Source: Candidatus Eiseniibacteriota bacterium (GTDB lineage Bacteria; Eisenbacteria; RBG-16-71-46; CAIMUX01; VGJL01). From it: DNA of 64,000 nt. Position numbers and translations under genes: made by a program. Below, one piece after another: positions 36,326 to 51,911 of the stretch. The notes below the pieces were generated by a model. The model was not told the origin of the DNA and made no database searches. It was given only the letters and a program-made list of their open reading frames with translations. The stretch is taken from the NCBI GenBank assembly GCA_041946735.1, contig JBHGAY010000023.1, forward strand, positions 1-64,000. The letters are read 5' to 3'. The first letter of the stretch is position 1. Every line of letters begins with the position of its first letter.

Positions 36326-36629
36326 CAAACGATTTGCCTCCACGGGGTAACTTGCGGCCACTCTAGGCAGCCCGGCTTCGGCCTGTCAATCGGGGCGCCG
36401 GCGAGCGCGCGCGCGCCGGCGAACGCCAACGGTCGGTGGCCGCCCGCGCGTCAGCGAACGTGGACGGTCGGTGGGCCGCCCGCGCGCCAGCCGCGTGCCG
36501 CCCGCGCGCCGCCCGCGCGATCCATGACAGCCCCGGGCGCAGGCGGTACCCTCGCCCAGGCACCGACGACGGCGGGAGGGACTCGGCAGGAGCCGGAGCC
36601 CGCTCTCCGTCCGATTCATGGAGGAGCCG

Positions 36630-39600
36630 ATGACCGCTCGCCGCTTCATCTGGATCGCCCTGGGGATCGTTCTCGCTCTCTCGTTCGCCGGTCGCGCGAT
36701 GCTTCGCAGCCAGCCGCGCGGGGAGCCGGCGCCCGGCGAGCTGACCGTGACGCTCGCCTCTCCCCGGGGAGAGGTGGCGAGGCTCTACTCCGTCGACGTC
36801 CTGTTCAGTTCGGCGATGAAGCCGCTCGGGGAGCGCGGCCCGTCCGGCCCGGTCCGTGCGGACGGCAAGAAGATCCCGCTCGAGATCGACCCGCCGATCG
36901 AAGGGAGCGCGACCTGGATCGGAACCCGCGCCCTTTCGTTCGCGCCTCGCGAGCCGGTCCCCGCCGCGAGCCGCCTCACGTGCAAGGTGCCGGCCGGCAC
37001 GCGCGCGCTCGACGGCTCGACGCTCCCCTCCGACGTCGTGTGGGAGATCTTCGTCCGGCCGCCCCGCCTGCTCCGAAGCGTTCCGGAGGACGCCTCCCTC
37101 TACGCGCCGGGCGAGACGATCTACCTGCTCTTCAATGCGCCGGTCCGTCCCGGAGCGGAAGACTCCGTCCGTTTCGCCGGCCCGGACGGTCCGATTCCCC
37201 TGACGCGCGTCGCCCCCGACTCCGCGGCGATCGTCGAGCTTCTCGGACGGCGCGGGCCATCGGGCCCGATTCCGACTCCTGAGGAGGCGGAGCAGCGGGG
37301 ACTGCTCGCTCTCCGGCCCACAGGGACGGTCCCGCCCGCCGCATCGCTTTCGCTCGAGATCGCCCCCGGGATCCCGCTCGGCGCCGGAGAGGTGGGGCTC
37401 GAGGAGCCGGTCGAGGTCTCGTTCGCCTCCTATGGACCTCCGCGCTTCGTCGACGCCCAGACGGGGCCGACGACCATCGACCTCACCCTCGGAGGGCCGG
37501 TCGATCCCGAGGCGCTCCGCGAAAACCTGCAGATCGAGCCGCCGGTGCCGAACCTCGCGATCGACCCGCGCAGCGGCACGGAGTTTCACATTCGCGGGCG
37601 CATCCGCTCCGGCACGACCTATACATTGACGCTTCGCGCAGGGTTGACGTCCCTGCTCGGCGCCCGCCTCGAAACGGCGGACCGCCTCACGGTGGCGACG
37701 GCGCATGACTTTGCGGAACTTTCGATCGTCCCCTCGAGCGGGTACCTGCTGCGCACCGATGATCCCCGGATCCGGATCGAAGGGGTGAACGTCGACTCCG
37801 TCACGATCCGCGGCGCGTGGGTTCCGGCCGACAGCATGCCGTCGAGCCTCGCGCACGAGACCTGGGAGCCGCCGCTCGGCCCACTGCCGCTGCTCGGTCG
37901 ATGGGGCGAGCCGGCCGCGACTCCCGACAGCCTCCGCGCGATCCATCTCGATCTCTCGCGCTTCGGCAAGCGGCCGAAGGGAGCGCAGGCCGTGCGCGTC
38001 CAGGTGCGCTCCCGCGCCCTGTTCCCGGATCCCTCCGGGGAGCGCGAGACGTTGCGCGGGGAGGCGCTGCTCCAGATCACCGATCTCGGCATCTCGGCCA
38101 TCGCGGCGCATGAGAAGAGCCTGGTCTGGGTCACGCGGCTCTCGACCGGCAAGCCGGCCGCCGGGGCGACCGTGCGCTTGTGGCTTCCGGGACGGCGCCG
38201 CCCCCTCGGCTCGGCGACGAGCGACGCCGACGGGATGGCATGGCTTCCCGGCGTCGCGCCGCTGTCGCGCGGGGATCGCCCCGTGATCGAAGTGCGGACG
38301 GAGAGCGACGCCGCCTGGATCCGCGTGTCGCCCGAGGTCTACCAGGCGGGCAGCGAGGCGGGCCCCGAGTTCGCCGGCGCTCCACCGGCCGGGTACGTCT
38401 TCACCGACCGGCCGCTGTACCGGCCGGGCGAGGCCGTCTCGTTCGTGGCCCACGTGCGCCGGAGCGGCTCGCAGGGGATCGCCGGCGCCGGCATCCCGGC
38501 CGTCCACTACGAAGTGAGCGCCTCGGAGGGCGGCACGGTGATCGGCGAAGGGGAACTCGCGCTCGCCCCTCCGGGCGACGGCTCGCTCACCGTGACGCTC
38601 CCCGCCGATGCGCCGCTCGGCTACTACGCCATCGCGCTCACGCTGCCGCGCGCCCCCCAGAAGGAGACGCCGGAGTCGAAGGGGCAGCCTGGAGGCGATG
38701 AGGAGGACGGCGGAGGCCGCCGCGCCTATCCGGTCGCCTACGGAGGCTTCCAGGTCGAGGAGTACCGGCTGCCCCGCTTCGAGGCGGCGGTACGCGGACC
38801 CGCCGAGCCGGTGATCGCCGGCGAGGAAGCGACCGTCACGGGACGGTTCGCCTACCTCGGCGGCGGCCCGCTCGGAGGCGTCCCGGTGCGCTGGACCGTC
38901 TCGCGATCCGCTTATTGGGAGGCGCCGGAAGGATACGAGGACTATCAGTTCACCGACGAGCGGCCACGCGGGATGGAGGAGGTGCGGCCGATCTACGGGA
39001 TGGACCGCGTGGCGGCGGGCGAAGGGACGCTCGACAAGGAGGGGCGGATCGCAATCCACGTGACCCCGGACATGTCGGGCCTCGGCGCCGACCAGACCTA
39101 CATGGTCGAGATGGGCGCGCGCGACTTGGCCGACCGCTCCGCCTACGACGTCGGGACGTTCACCGCGTTGCGCGCGGGGCTCCGCGCCGGCATCCGGACC
39201 GAGTCGTTCCCCGCCGCCGGCGAGGAGCCGGAGCGGGTGCAGCTCGCGGCGATCGCGCTCGATCCGTCCGGCAAGCCGCTCGCCGGCGTCCCTTTGACGC
39301 TGCGGATCGAGAAGCGGCTCTGGCGGACGGTCCGCGTGCGCCGGATCGGCAGCGCGTTCGGCTACGAAAACGTGCCGCAGGACAGCCTCGTCTCGTCCGA
39401 GGAGGCGGCGTCCGGCTCGGAGCCGGTCGTCCGCACGTTCACGCCCCGGAGTCCCGGCACCTATTCGTTCGTCGTGGAGGCGCGAGACGATGCGGGCCGC
39501 TTCACGAGCGCGCGCAGCTTCGCCTACGTGGCGGGACGGTCCGCGGCCGGCTGGTACCGCGGCGACCAGGCCTGGCTCGAGCTGAAGCCTGACGAGCGAA

Positions 39601-42600
39601 AGTACATGCCGGGCGACACCGCGCAGGTGCTCGTTCCCGCGCCGGCGATTCCGACCGAGGCGCTCGTCCTGATCAGCGACAACGGCATCCAGCGCGCGCG
39701 CCGCCTTTCGGGGCTGCGCGGGGCGCCGCGCGTGGCGGTCCCGCTCGCCCCGTATTCCCCGCCGGCAGTCTGGATGCAGGCGATCCTCGTCGGGCCGACC
39801 GTGGTGCCGGAGCCGGGCGGAGCGATCGAGCACCTCCCGTATTACGGGTGGGGACAAACGGCGCTCACGATGTCGCTCGATCCGTGGAAGCTCGACTTCG
39901 ACGTCACGACCGACCGCGCGGTCTACGAGCCGGGGAACGAGGTGACGATCGTCGTGACAGGCGGCGACGCGGCGCGCGCGGCCGGCGGAAAGGTGACGCT
40001 GGCCGTCGTCGACGACGCGATCTTCCAGCTCTCCGGCGAGCCGTCGGTCGATCCGTGGAACGCGATCTTCCAGTGGCGCGGGCCGGGCACCGACTACAAG
40101 GACGTCCGGCAGGATCTCCATCTGCCGGCGCGCGGCGAGAAGGGGCGGATCACCCCCGGCGGCGACGGCGGCGAGGAGGGAGGCGGTCCGCGCAAGCGGT
40201 TCGTCCCGACGGCGGCGTTCGCGCCGCTGCTTCCGATCGGCGCCGACGGCCGGGCCGTCTATCGCTTCCGCCTTCCCGACGACTTGACGCGCTTTCGCGT
40301 GCGCGCGCTGGCGAGCGCCGGCGTCGATCTCTTCGGGTACGAGGAGACGAAGTTCGACGTCCGCAAAGGGCTGCAGCTCGAATGGTCGGCTCCCCGCTTC
40401 GTGCGCGACGGCGACCGCCTCGACCTCGTCGCCGTGGCGCGCAACAACGGCCCGGAGAAGATCGACGCGCGCGTGAGCGTGTCGGTGCGCGGGGCGCGGA
40501 TCGACGGCAAGGCGGAGAAGAAGCTGTCCAAGATCCCGGCGGGGGGCGGCGCGCGAGCCGTCTTCACGATCCGCGACCCGGCGGCGCCCGGCATCGAGGT
40601 CACGATGCGGGCGCAGGCGGGCGGCGGGCTCGAGGATGCCGCCACGTTCACGATCCCCTTCGAGAAGCCGGTGCTCTGGGAGAGGGACTTCCTGGCGGCG
40701 CGGCTCGAGCCGTCCTATCGGACGACGATCGCGCTCGACCGGACGGCGATTCCCGACCTCGGCGGATTGACGACGACGATCGGGCCGTCGCTGCTGTCGG
40801 GCATCGGACCGGCGCTCGCCTCGACGATCGACTATCCCTACGGCTGCCTCGAGCAGCTCTCCAGCTCCCTGCTCGCCGCCGTTGCGGCGCGCACGGCGGC
40901 GCAGCATCTGGGCGAGGAGCCCGACTCGCTCGTCGGCGCCGGAGACGCCGGAGGCGCGGGCGGCGCCGAAGGCGCGGGCAGCCGCGGCATCGATCTGGAG
41001 ACACGGGCGAAGCGCGCCTCGGAGCAGATGGCCGCGGCCGTCCAGCCTTGGATGGTCCTCTCCTGGCCCGACATGCAGTCACCGCCGGCGAGCGACTACG
41101 TCGTCGGCTACGCGCTGCTCGCCGCCACGCACGCGCGCGCTGCAGGGCTCCCGTTCCCCGAGGAGGCATGGAGCCGCCTCGATCAGGAGACGGCGCGGCG
41201 CCTCGAGAGCGCGTGGTCCGGCTGGAACGCATGGAACGAGCAGGACCGGCGAGGGCGCGACCGTTCGGGAGGCAGCGCGGAGCCGGAAGAAGGCGGCCTC
41301 GAGCCAGGCGGCGAGCCGGAGGCCGGCGGCTTCGACCGGCCGAGGGATCACGGCGAGTCGTCGCTGCGACAGCTGCGCGAGACGATCCCCTGGCTGCTCT
41401 TTGCGCAAACCGAGTCGGAGCGGCTCGCGCCGGGGGCCGCCGCCGGAGCGGGCGGAGCGGGCGAAGCCGTCGAAGCGGGCGCAGCGGGCCAAGCGGCCGA
41501 GCCGCGCGCGCGACGGGACGATCTCGAGAGCCTGTTCGCGCGCCATGGCGAGCTTCCTCTTCCGTCGCGGATCGTCCTCGCCCTCGCCCTGCAGAACCGC
41601 GCGGAGAGCGAGACCGGAGAGCCGAAGGCGCTTTGGAGCGGGTACGTGGAGGCGATCGTCGGCGAGGTGTTGCAGAGCAGCCTGCAGCGGACGGGCCGCT
41701 TCGTCTGGATTCACGAGGAGGACGAGACCTGGGCGGACGGCATGGGAAGCGACGAGGAGGCGACCGCGTTCTTCCTGCGGCTGCTCGCCGCTCACGATCC
41801 GCAGAACGAGCAGATTCCCGGGCTCGTCTCCTGGCTGCTGGATCGCCGCCGTCCCTCGTCCGGGATGTGGGCGAGCCAGCACGCCTCGGCGCTCGTGCTC
41901 GACGTCGTCACCTCGACGGTCGCGCGCCTGGAAGGACCGCTCTCGCAGGTGACCGGACAGGTCGCGGTCGGTGAGAGGTTCGAGCCGTTCCGCTTCACGG
42001 GCGGCGATCGCGTCGTGCGCTCCTTCTTCCCGCTCGCGGATCTCTTCCGGATGGCGGGGACGAACGATGCGATCCCGCTGCGCGGAGATTCCGACGGAAG
42101 GCGCACCGTCTATCTCACCGCGACTCTCGACGTCGCCCATCCCGCGCTGGATGCCGGGTCGGTCGAGCGCGGCATGATCCTCTCGAGGGAGTGGGTCGAC
42201 GCGGCGGGACGGCCGTACGGCGATCGCCTTCCGTTGGCCGAGCCGCTCTACGTCCATCTCGCGATCGTGGCGCCGCGGGACGCGCGGATGCTGGCGATCG
42301 AGGACCCGCTCCCGGCGGGCGTCGAGGCGGTCAACCTTGCCTTCGCCAACGCTCCGAAGCTCTCGCTCTCCGAGACGCCGGATGGGGCGGCCGAGTTCTC
42401 CCCGGCGGGAGGCGACTACGGCATGGGATATGGAGGCGGAGGCGGCGGAGGAGAAGAGGGCGGCGGCCCGTACGACGGCGGCGAGGGTGGCGGCGAGCTG
42501 TGGATCGTGCACAAGGAGCTGCGCGACCGCCGCGTGCTCGCATTCGCGGAGGACGTGCGCGCGGGGATCTACCACCTCTACTACCCGGCGGTCGCGACCG

Positions 42601-42710
42601 TCGCCGGCACCTACAGGGTGCCGGGCGCCCGCGTCGAGATGATGTACAGCCCGGAGATCTACGCGACGACGCCCGCGACGACGGTGCGCGTGGAGGAGAA
42701 GACGCGATGA
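36630..42710 (+). CDS. Bacterial alpha-2-macroglobulin with N-terminal Ig-like (Big_5-like) domains
   Basis: FTDRPLYRPGE, FQVEEYR, LAVVDDAI, LPDDLTRFR, thioester YPYGCLEQ, IEDPLPAGVE and EMMYSPE; followed by pbpC. Confidence 0.93.
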   Translation: MTARRFIWIALGIVLALSFAGRAMLRSQPRGEPAPGELTVTLASPRGEVARLYSVDVLFSSAMKPLGERGPSGPVRADGKKIPLEIDPPIEGSATWIGTRALSFAPREPVPAASRLTCKVPAGTRALDGSTLPSDVVWEIFVRPPRLLRSVPEDASLYAPGETIYLLFNAPVRPGAEDSVRFAGPDGPIPLTRVAPDSAAIVELLGRRGPSGPIPTPEEAEQRGLLALRPTGTVPPAASLSLEIAPGIPLGAGEVGLEEPVEVSFASYGPPRFVDAQTGPTTIDLTLGGPVDPEALRENLQIEPPVPNLAIDPRSGTEFHIRGRIRSGTTYTLTLRAGLTSLLGARLETADRLTVATAHDFAELSIVPSSGYLLRTDDPRIRIEGVNVDSVTIRGAWVPADSMPSSLAHETWEPPLGPLPLLGRWGEPAATPDSLRAIHLDLSRFGKRPKGAQAVRVQVRSRALFPDPSGERETLRGEALLQITDLGISAIAAHEKSLVWVTRLSTGKPAAGATVRLWLPGRRRPLGSATSDADGMAWLPGVAPLSRGDRPVIEVRTESDAAWIRVSPEVYQAGSEAGPEFAGAPPAGYVFTDRPLYRPGEAVSFVAHVRRSGSQGIAGAGIPAVHYEVSASEGGTVIGEGELALAPPGDGSLTVTLPADAPLGYYAIALTLPRAPQKETPESKGQPGGDEEDGGGRRAYPVAYGGFQVEEYRLPRFEAAVRGPAEPVIAGEEATVTGRFAYLGGGPLGGVPVRWTVSRSAYWEAPEGYEDYQFTDERPRGMEEVRPIYGMDRVAAGEGTLDKEGRIAIHVTPDMSGLGADQTYMVEMGARDLADRSAYDVGTFTALRAGLRAGIRTESFPAAGEEPERVQLAAIALDPSGKPLAGVPLTLRIEKRLWRTVRVRRIGSAFGYENVPQDSLVSSEEAASGSEPVVRTFTPRSPGTYSFVVEARDDAGRFTSARSFAYVAGRSAAGWYRGDQAWLELKPDERKYMPGDTAQVLVPAPAIPTEALVLISDNGIQRARRLSGLRGAPRVAVPLAPYSPPAVWMQAILVGPTVVPEPGGAIEHLPYYGWGQTALTMSLDPWKLDFDVTTDRAVYEPGNEVTIVVTGGDAARAAGGKVTLAVVDDAIFQLSGEPSVDPWNAIFQWRGPGTDYKDVRQDLHLPARGEKGRITPGGDGGEEGGGPRKRFVPTAAFAPLLPIGADGRAVYRFRLPDDLTRFRVRALASAGVDLFGYEETKFDVRKGLQLEWSAPRFVRDGDRLDLVAVARNNGPEKIDARVSVSVRGARIDGKAEKKLSKIPAGGGARAVFTIRDPAAPGIEVTMRAQAGGGLEDAATFTIPFEKPVLWERDFLAARLEPSYRTTIALDRTAIPDLGGLTTTIGPSLLSGIGPALASTIDYPYGCLEQLSSSLLAAVAARTAAQHLGEEPDSLVGAGDAGGAGGAEGAGSRGIDLETRAKRASEQMAAAVQPWMVLSWPDMQSPPASDYVVGYALLAATHARAAGLPFPEEAWSRLDQETARRLESAWSGWNAWNEQDRRGRDRSGGSAEPEEGGLEPGGEPEAGGFDRPRDHGESSLRQLRETIPWLLFAQTESERLAPGAAAGAGGAGEAVEAGAAGQAAEPRARRDDLESLFARHGELPLPSRIVLALALQNRAESETGEPKALWSGYVEAIVGEVLQSSLQRTGRFVWIHEEDETWADGMGSDEEATAFFLRLLAAHDPQNEQIPGLVSWLLDRRRPSSGMWASQHASALVLDVVTSTVARLEGPLSQVTGQVAVGERFEPFRFTGGDRVVRSFFPLADLFRMAGTNDAIPLRGDSDGRRTVYLTATLDVAHPALDAGSVERGMILSREWVDAAGRPYGDRLPLAEPLYVHLAIVAPRDARMLAIEDPLPAGVEAVNLAFANAPKLSLSETPDGAAEFSPAGGDYGMGYGGGGGGGEEGGGPYDGGEGGGELWIVHKELRDRRVLAFAEDVRAGIYHLYYPAVATVAGTYRVPGARVEMMYSPEIYATTPATTVRVEEKTR

Positions 42711-45250
42711 GATCCGGCCGGCAGGAGCGAGGGCGGGGAGCGGCTCCTTCTTTCCCGCTCCTCGCCCTCCTCCTCCTTCTCGTCCTCGTCCTCGTCTTCG
42801 GTGGACTCGTCGTCGCGCCGCGGATCGTTCCGCTCCCGAGCGAGCTGACCGCCGACCCTCCGTCCTCCGTCGTGCTGCTCGATCGTGGCGGTGGTCTGCT
42901 CGAGGAGCGGCGAGCGCCGGACGGCGACGCGCGCCTCGCCGTCCCGCTCGGAGGGATCGATCCCCTCTTGCGCCGTGCCACGCTCGCCGCCGAGGACCGC
43001 CGCTTCTTCCGCCACGTCGGTGTCGATCCGCTCGCGCTGGGCCGCGCCGTCGTGCGCTCGATCGCGCGCGGCGCGGCCGTGCAAGGCGCGTCGACGATCT
43101 CCATGCAGACCGTCCGGCTCGCGCGCGGCCGCCCGCACGGAGCCATGGCACGAGGCGTCGAGGTGTTCTGGAGCCTCGCGCTCGACGCGCAGTGGGGGAA
43201 GGATCGCATCCTCGAGGCGTACCTGAACCGCGCGCCCTACGGCCCGCGCGTGACCGGCGCCGGCGCCGCCTCGCGCCGCTACTTCGGCAAGCCTCCGGCG
43301 CATCTCTCGCTCGCCGAGGCCGCGCTTCTCGCCGCGATGCCGCGCGCTCCGAGCCGGCTGGATCCGCTGCGTCACCCGGAACGGGCGCAGGGGGCTCGCG
43401 ACGCCGTGATCGCGCGGATGCTCCGGCTCGGGTGGGTCAGCGAGAGCGACGCGCAGCGCGCCCGCTCCACCCCGATCGATCTCGTCTCGGCCGCCAGCGG
43501 GGCGGCGGCAGAAACGGCCGCGCATCACTTCGCCGAGGTCGTCCTCGTGGACCTCGCGGGCGCCCCGGCCGCCGCCCGGGTCCGGACGACCCTCGATCCG
43601 GCCCTCCAGGCGGCCGCGGAAAGCGCGTTGCGCGCGCGGATCGAGGCGCTGCGCGAGCGCCACGCGAGCAGTGGGGCCGTCGTCGTCCTCGACACGCGAA
43701 GCGGCGAGCTGCTCGCGCTCGTCGGCTCCCCCGACTTCGCTTCGAAGAACGCGGGACAGTGGAACGCGGCGCTGGCTCCACGCCAGCCGGGCAGCGCGGT
43801 GAAGCCGTTTGCCTATGCCGCCGCCTTCTCGAGCGGTCTCCGCCCGAGCACGGTGCTCGCCGACGTCCCGGCTTCCTACCGTGGCCCGGACGGCGTCTTC
43901 GCACCGCGCAACTACGCGCAGCGATTCTCCGGACCGATTCCGGCTCGTGAGGCGCTCGCGAACTCCTACAACGTGCCGACGGTCGAGGTGATCGCCCGCA
44001 CGGGGATCGACCGGGTGGCGGCGGTGTTCCGCGCGTTCGGGCTCTCCTGCCCGGAGCCGGAGCGGCTCGGCCTCGGGATCGGGCTCGGCGTGGGCGAGAC
44101 GTCGCTCCTCGATCTGGCGGCCGCCTACGCGACGCTCGCGCGCGGTGGCGAGCGGATCGCGCCGCGGACGATCCTCGAAGCGCGCGATGCGGCGGGCCGT
44201 CCGCTGCCGCTCGACGAGCCACCGCCCGAGCGGGCGATCGATCCCATCTCCTGCGCCTGGGTGAACGAGATCCTGTCCGACCCCGCCGCGCGCGCCGCGG
44301 CCTTCGAGCGCGGAGGTCCTCTCGAGATGGAAGGGCGCCCGATGGCGGGAAAGACGGGGACCTCGTCGGACTGGCGCGACGCATGGGCCGTCCTGTATAC
44401 GACCCGCCACACGGTCGCCGTCTGGATGGGCAATCCCGACGGCTCGCCGATGGACGAAGTGGTCGGCGTCGCCGGCCCGGCGGTCGTGGCGCGCGACATC
44501 CTGGAGCGGCTGGAGAGCCGGGAGCCGTCGCCGGCGTTCCCCGTCCCGCAGGGGATCGAGCGGCGCGCCGTCTGCCCGCTCTCTGGAAGGGCCGCGGGCA
44601 AGGACTGCCCGCAGGCGGACTGGGAACCGTTCCGCTCGAGCGATCCGCCGCTCGGCCCCTGCGACGTGCACCGGGGCCTCCGCGTCGACGCCGCGACGGG
44701 GCTTCTGGCGCGTCCCTGCACGCCCGCCTCGCGCATCCACAGGATGGTGTTCGTCGATCTCCCGCCTCGCTTCGCGCTCTGGCGCGCGGACGAGGCGCGG
44801 CCGGCGCCGCCCGCGGAAGCGACGCCCTGCCTCTGCGGCTCGCCCGCCTGTCGCCCGCTCGACGCGCCCGCGCTCGGCGGCGACGGTCGTGACGGTGATG
44901 GCAACGTCGACGGCGATGGCTGGGGTTTCGCGATCCTCCGCCCGATCGAAGGGACGATCCTCGTGATCGACCCTACCCTTCCGCCGAGCCAGCAACAGCT
45001 CGCCCTCGAGGCGGCGATGCCGCCCGGGGAGCGCGTGGAGTGGCGCGTCGACGGCGCGCGGGTGGCGACGACCGGCCCCGGCGAGCGGGCGTTCTGGCCG
45101 CTCGCCGCCGGAGACCACCAGATCGAGGCGCGCGCGCTCCGCCCCCCGGGCGGCGCCGGGCGCTCCTCCCGGTTCTCCGGTCCGCCCTTCCGCGACGTCC
45201 GGACCGTCCGCGTCCTGGCTGGAGGGGAGCGATCGGGGATTCTCCCCTAG
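42707..45250 (+). CDS. pbpC: Penicillin-binding protein 1C
   Basis: TM anchor; GT51 EDRRFFRHVGVD and GASTISMQ; transpeptidase SAVK, SYN and KTG; C-terminal BiPBP domain; ATGA overlap with the A2M stop. Confidence 0.92.
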   Translation: MRSGRQERGRGAAPSFPLLALLLLLVLVLVFGGLVVAPRIVPLPSELTADPPSSVVLLDRGGGLLEERRAPDGDARLAVPLGGIDPLLRRATLAAEDRRFFRHVGVDPLALGRAVVRSIARGAAVQGASTISMQTVRLARGRPHGAMARGVEVFWSLALDAQWGKDRILEAYLNRAPYGPRVTGAGAASRRYFGKPPAHLSLAEAALLAAMPRAPSRLDPLRHPERAQGARDAVIARMLRLGWVSESDAQRARSTPIDLVSAASGAAAETAAHHFAEVVLVDLAGAPAAARVRTTLDPALQAAAESALRARIEALRERHASSGAVVVLDTRSGELLALVGSPDFASKNAGQWNAALAPRQPGSAVKPFAYAAAFSSGLRPSTVLADVPASYRGPDGVFAPRNYAQRFSGPIPAREALANSYNVPTVEVIARTGIDRVAAVFRAFGLSCPEPERLGLGIGLGVGETSLLDLAAAYATLARGGERIAPRTILEARDAAGRPLPLDEPPPERAIDPISCAWVNEILSDPAARAAAFERGGPLEMEGRPMAGKTGTSSDWRDAWAVLYTTRHTVAVWMGNPDGSPMDEVVGVAGPAVVARDILERLESREPSPAFPVPQGIERRAVCPLSGRAAGKDCPQADWEPFRSSDPPLGPCDVHRGLRVDAATGLLARPCTPASRIHRMVFVDLPPRFALWRADEARPAPPAEATPCLCGSPACRPLDAPALGGDGRDGDGNVDGDGWGFAILRPIEGTILVIDPTLPPSQQQLALEAAMPPGERVEWRVDGARVATTGPGERAFWPLAAGDHQIEARALRPPGGAGRSSRFSGPPFRDVRTVRVLAGGERSGILP

Positions 45251-45506
45251 CCCGCTGTCTCCTCCTCTCCCCTAACCGGTTGTCTCCTCCCCGATAACGC
45301 CGGTCCTTCTCTCCCTCGCGCCTCAAGATGGCGCCTCCCACGTCCGATCTGTGGAAGGAGCGCGAAAAGCGCCCTGCGCGCGCGTGACGGACGGCGTACG
45401 CGGAGGTCGTGGAGCTTGGATGCGCAACGGTCCGCTCGAGGACCGCGCTGGCCGCTCGAAAGCCGGGAGCAGCGGACGGGCGGCGCGATCGTTCCCTCGG
45501 GGGAGG

Positions 45507-50669
<5,163 letters not shown>

Positions 50670-50905
50670 GACATCGACAGCCCCGCCGCGGCGCGGACAC
50701 GCACGAGTCTCGCGCCGCTGCGGCTGTCTGAAGAGAGCGCCGGGGCGGGCCCATCGCCCCGGCGATTCCGTTCTTCCCGACAGGACAGCCCGCTGGACAG
50801 ATCCTCGTTCGATGGGCGGCCGGGCGATGGTAGAATTCCTCCGCGTCTCCTAATGGAGTCCGGCTCTGCCTCGAGCGACTTCGATTGAGAAAGGCGGTAC
50901 TGGAA

Positions 50906-51877
50906 ATGGGTCGCGTGATTGGTCCGCATCTCCTGCGGCTCCTCGTCCTCTCGCTGTTCCTGACCGCGGTCGCTTGGCCGGCCCTGGCCGCCGCTCCCGT
51001 ACTCGGCAGGCCGGGCTCCGGCATCGATCCTTACCATCCCGCCCTCCCGCGCGAAGTCGTCTGGCAGCAAGACCCGAACGTGGCCGGATACGTCTTCACC
51101 TCCGAGGAGTTTCCCGACTTCCATTCGGAGACGGCCAACGACTTCGTCCTTCCGCAAGCCGCCACCGTCCGATCGGTGACCTGGTGGGGCGGCTTCTTCA
51201 ACGGCCCGCCGCACGTGGAACTGGCGGGCTTCTGGTTCCGCTGGTTCCGGGACGGCGGCGGCTGCGCCCCCGCGGAGATGATTCGCGAAGAGCTGATCCT
51301 CGGTGATTGCGAGGAAAGCCAAATTCCCGGCTCGGAGATCTACGCCTACCGCGCCGACGTCTCGCCCGTCGACCTCGAGGGCGGGGTTCGCTACTGGCTC
51401 GTCATCCAGGCGCGCAACTGGTACTTCCCTCCCCAGTGGGGACGGGTCGCCGCCCTGGCGGTCGAGGAATGCGAAAGCGTTTTCCGATGCCCCGAGGCCG
51501 GATATCCCGACTGGACCGTCGTCTCCTCGGTCATCGGTGAACCGTACGACGCTTCCTTCGCCCTCTCCACCGATTCGGACGCGGAGGCCTGCTGCTGGGG
51601 CGAGGGGTTCTGCTCGATGGTCCCGCCCGAAGACTGCACGCTCCAATATGGCGGCACTCCTCAGGGACCCGGCAGCAGCTGCGTCCCGAACGCCTGCCCT
51701 CCGCCGCCGATCGGAGCGTGCTGCCTCGGCGAGGATTGCCAGGTGATGACCGAGGGCGGCTGCTGGATGGCAGAAGGCGACTTCCAGGGGCCGGACACCG
51801 ACTGCGATCCGAATCCCTGCATCGTGATCGCGGTCGAGGAGAAGAGCTGGGGCAACGTGAAAGCGATGTTCCGCTAG
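50906..51877 (+). CDS. Secreted protein with a beta-sandwich-like domain (ANDF...YWLVI), two Cys-rich GACC/PNPC repeats and C-terminal SWGNVKAMFR motif
   Basis: Signal peptide ending ALA; Cys modules homologous to those in 1305..3634; extended -10-like TGGTAGAAT at about 50828. Confidence 0.82.
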   Translation: MGRVIGPHLLRLLVLSLFLTAVAWPALAAAPVLGRPGSGIDPYHPALPREVVWQQDPNVAGYVFTSEEFPDFHSETANDFVLPQAATVRSVTWWGGFFNGPPHVELAGFWFRWFRDGGGCAPAEMIREELILGDCEESQIPGSEIYAYRADVSPVDLEGGVRYWLVIQARNWYFPPQWGRVAALAVEECESVFRCPEAGYPDWTVVSSVIGEPYDASFALSTDSDAEACCWGEGFCSMVPPEDCTLQYGGTPQGPGSSCVPNACPPPPIGACCLGEDCQVMTEGGCWMAEGDFQGPDTDCDPNPCIVIAVEEKSWGNVKAMFR

Positions 51878-51911
51878 ATCCCTCTCCGCGCGCCGGTCCC
51901 TTGCGTGCGTG

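Noticed and set aside
36363..40907. 1514-aa minus-strand ORF and similar long antisense ORFs (5918..8284, 33052..35685, 42659..45118, 16388..18373)
   Set aside because: They are antisense shadows of well-supported genes, expected at this GC content, with Arg/Gly/Ala-rich sequence and no motifs.
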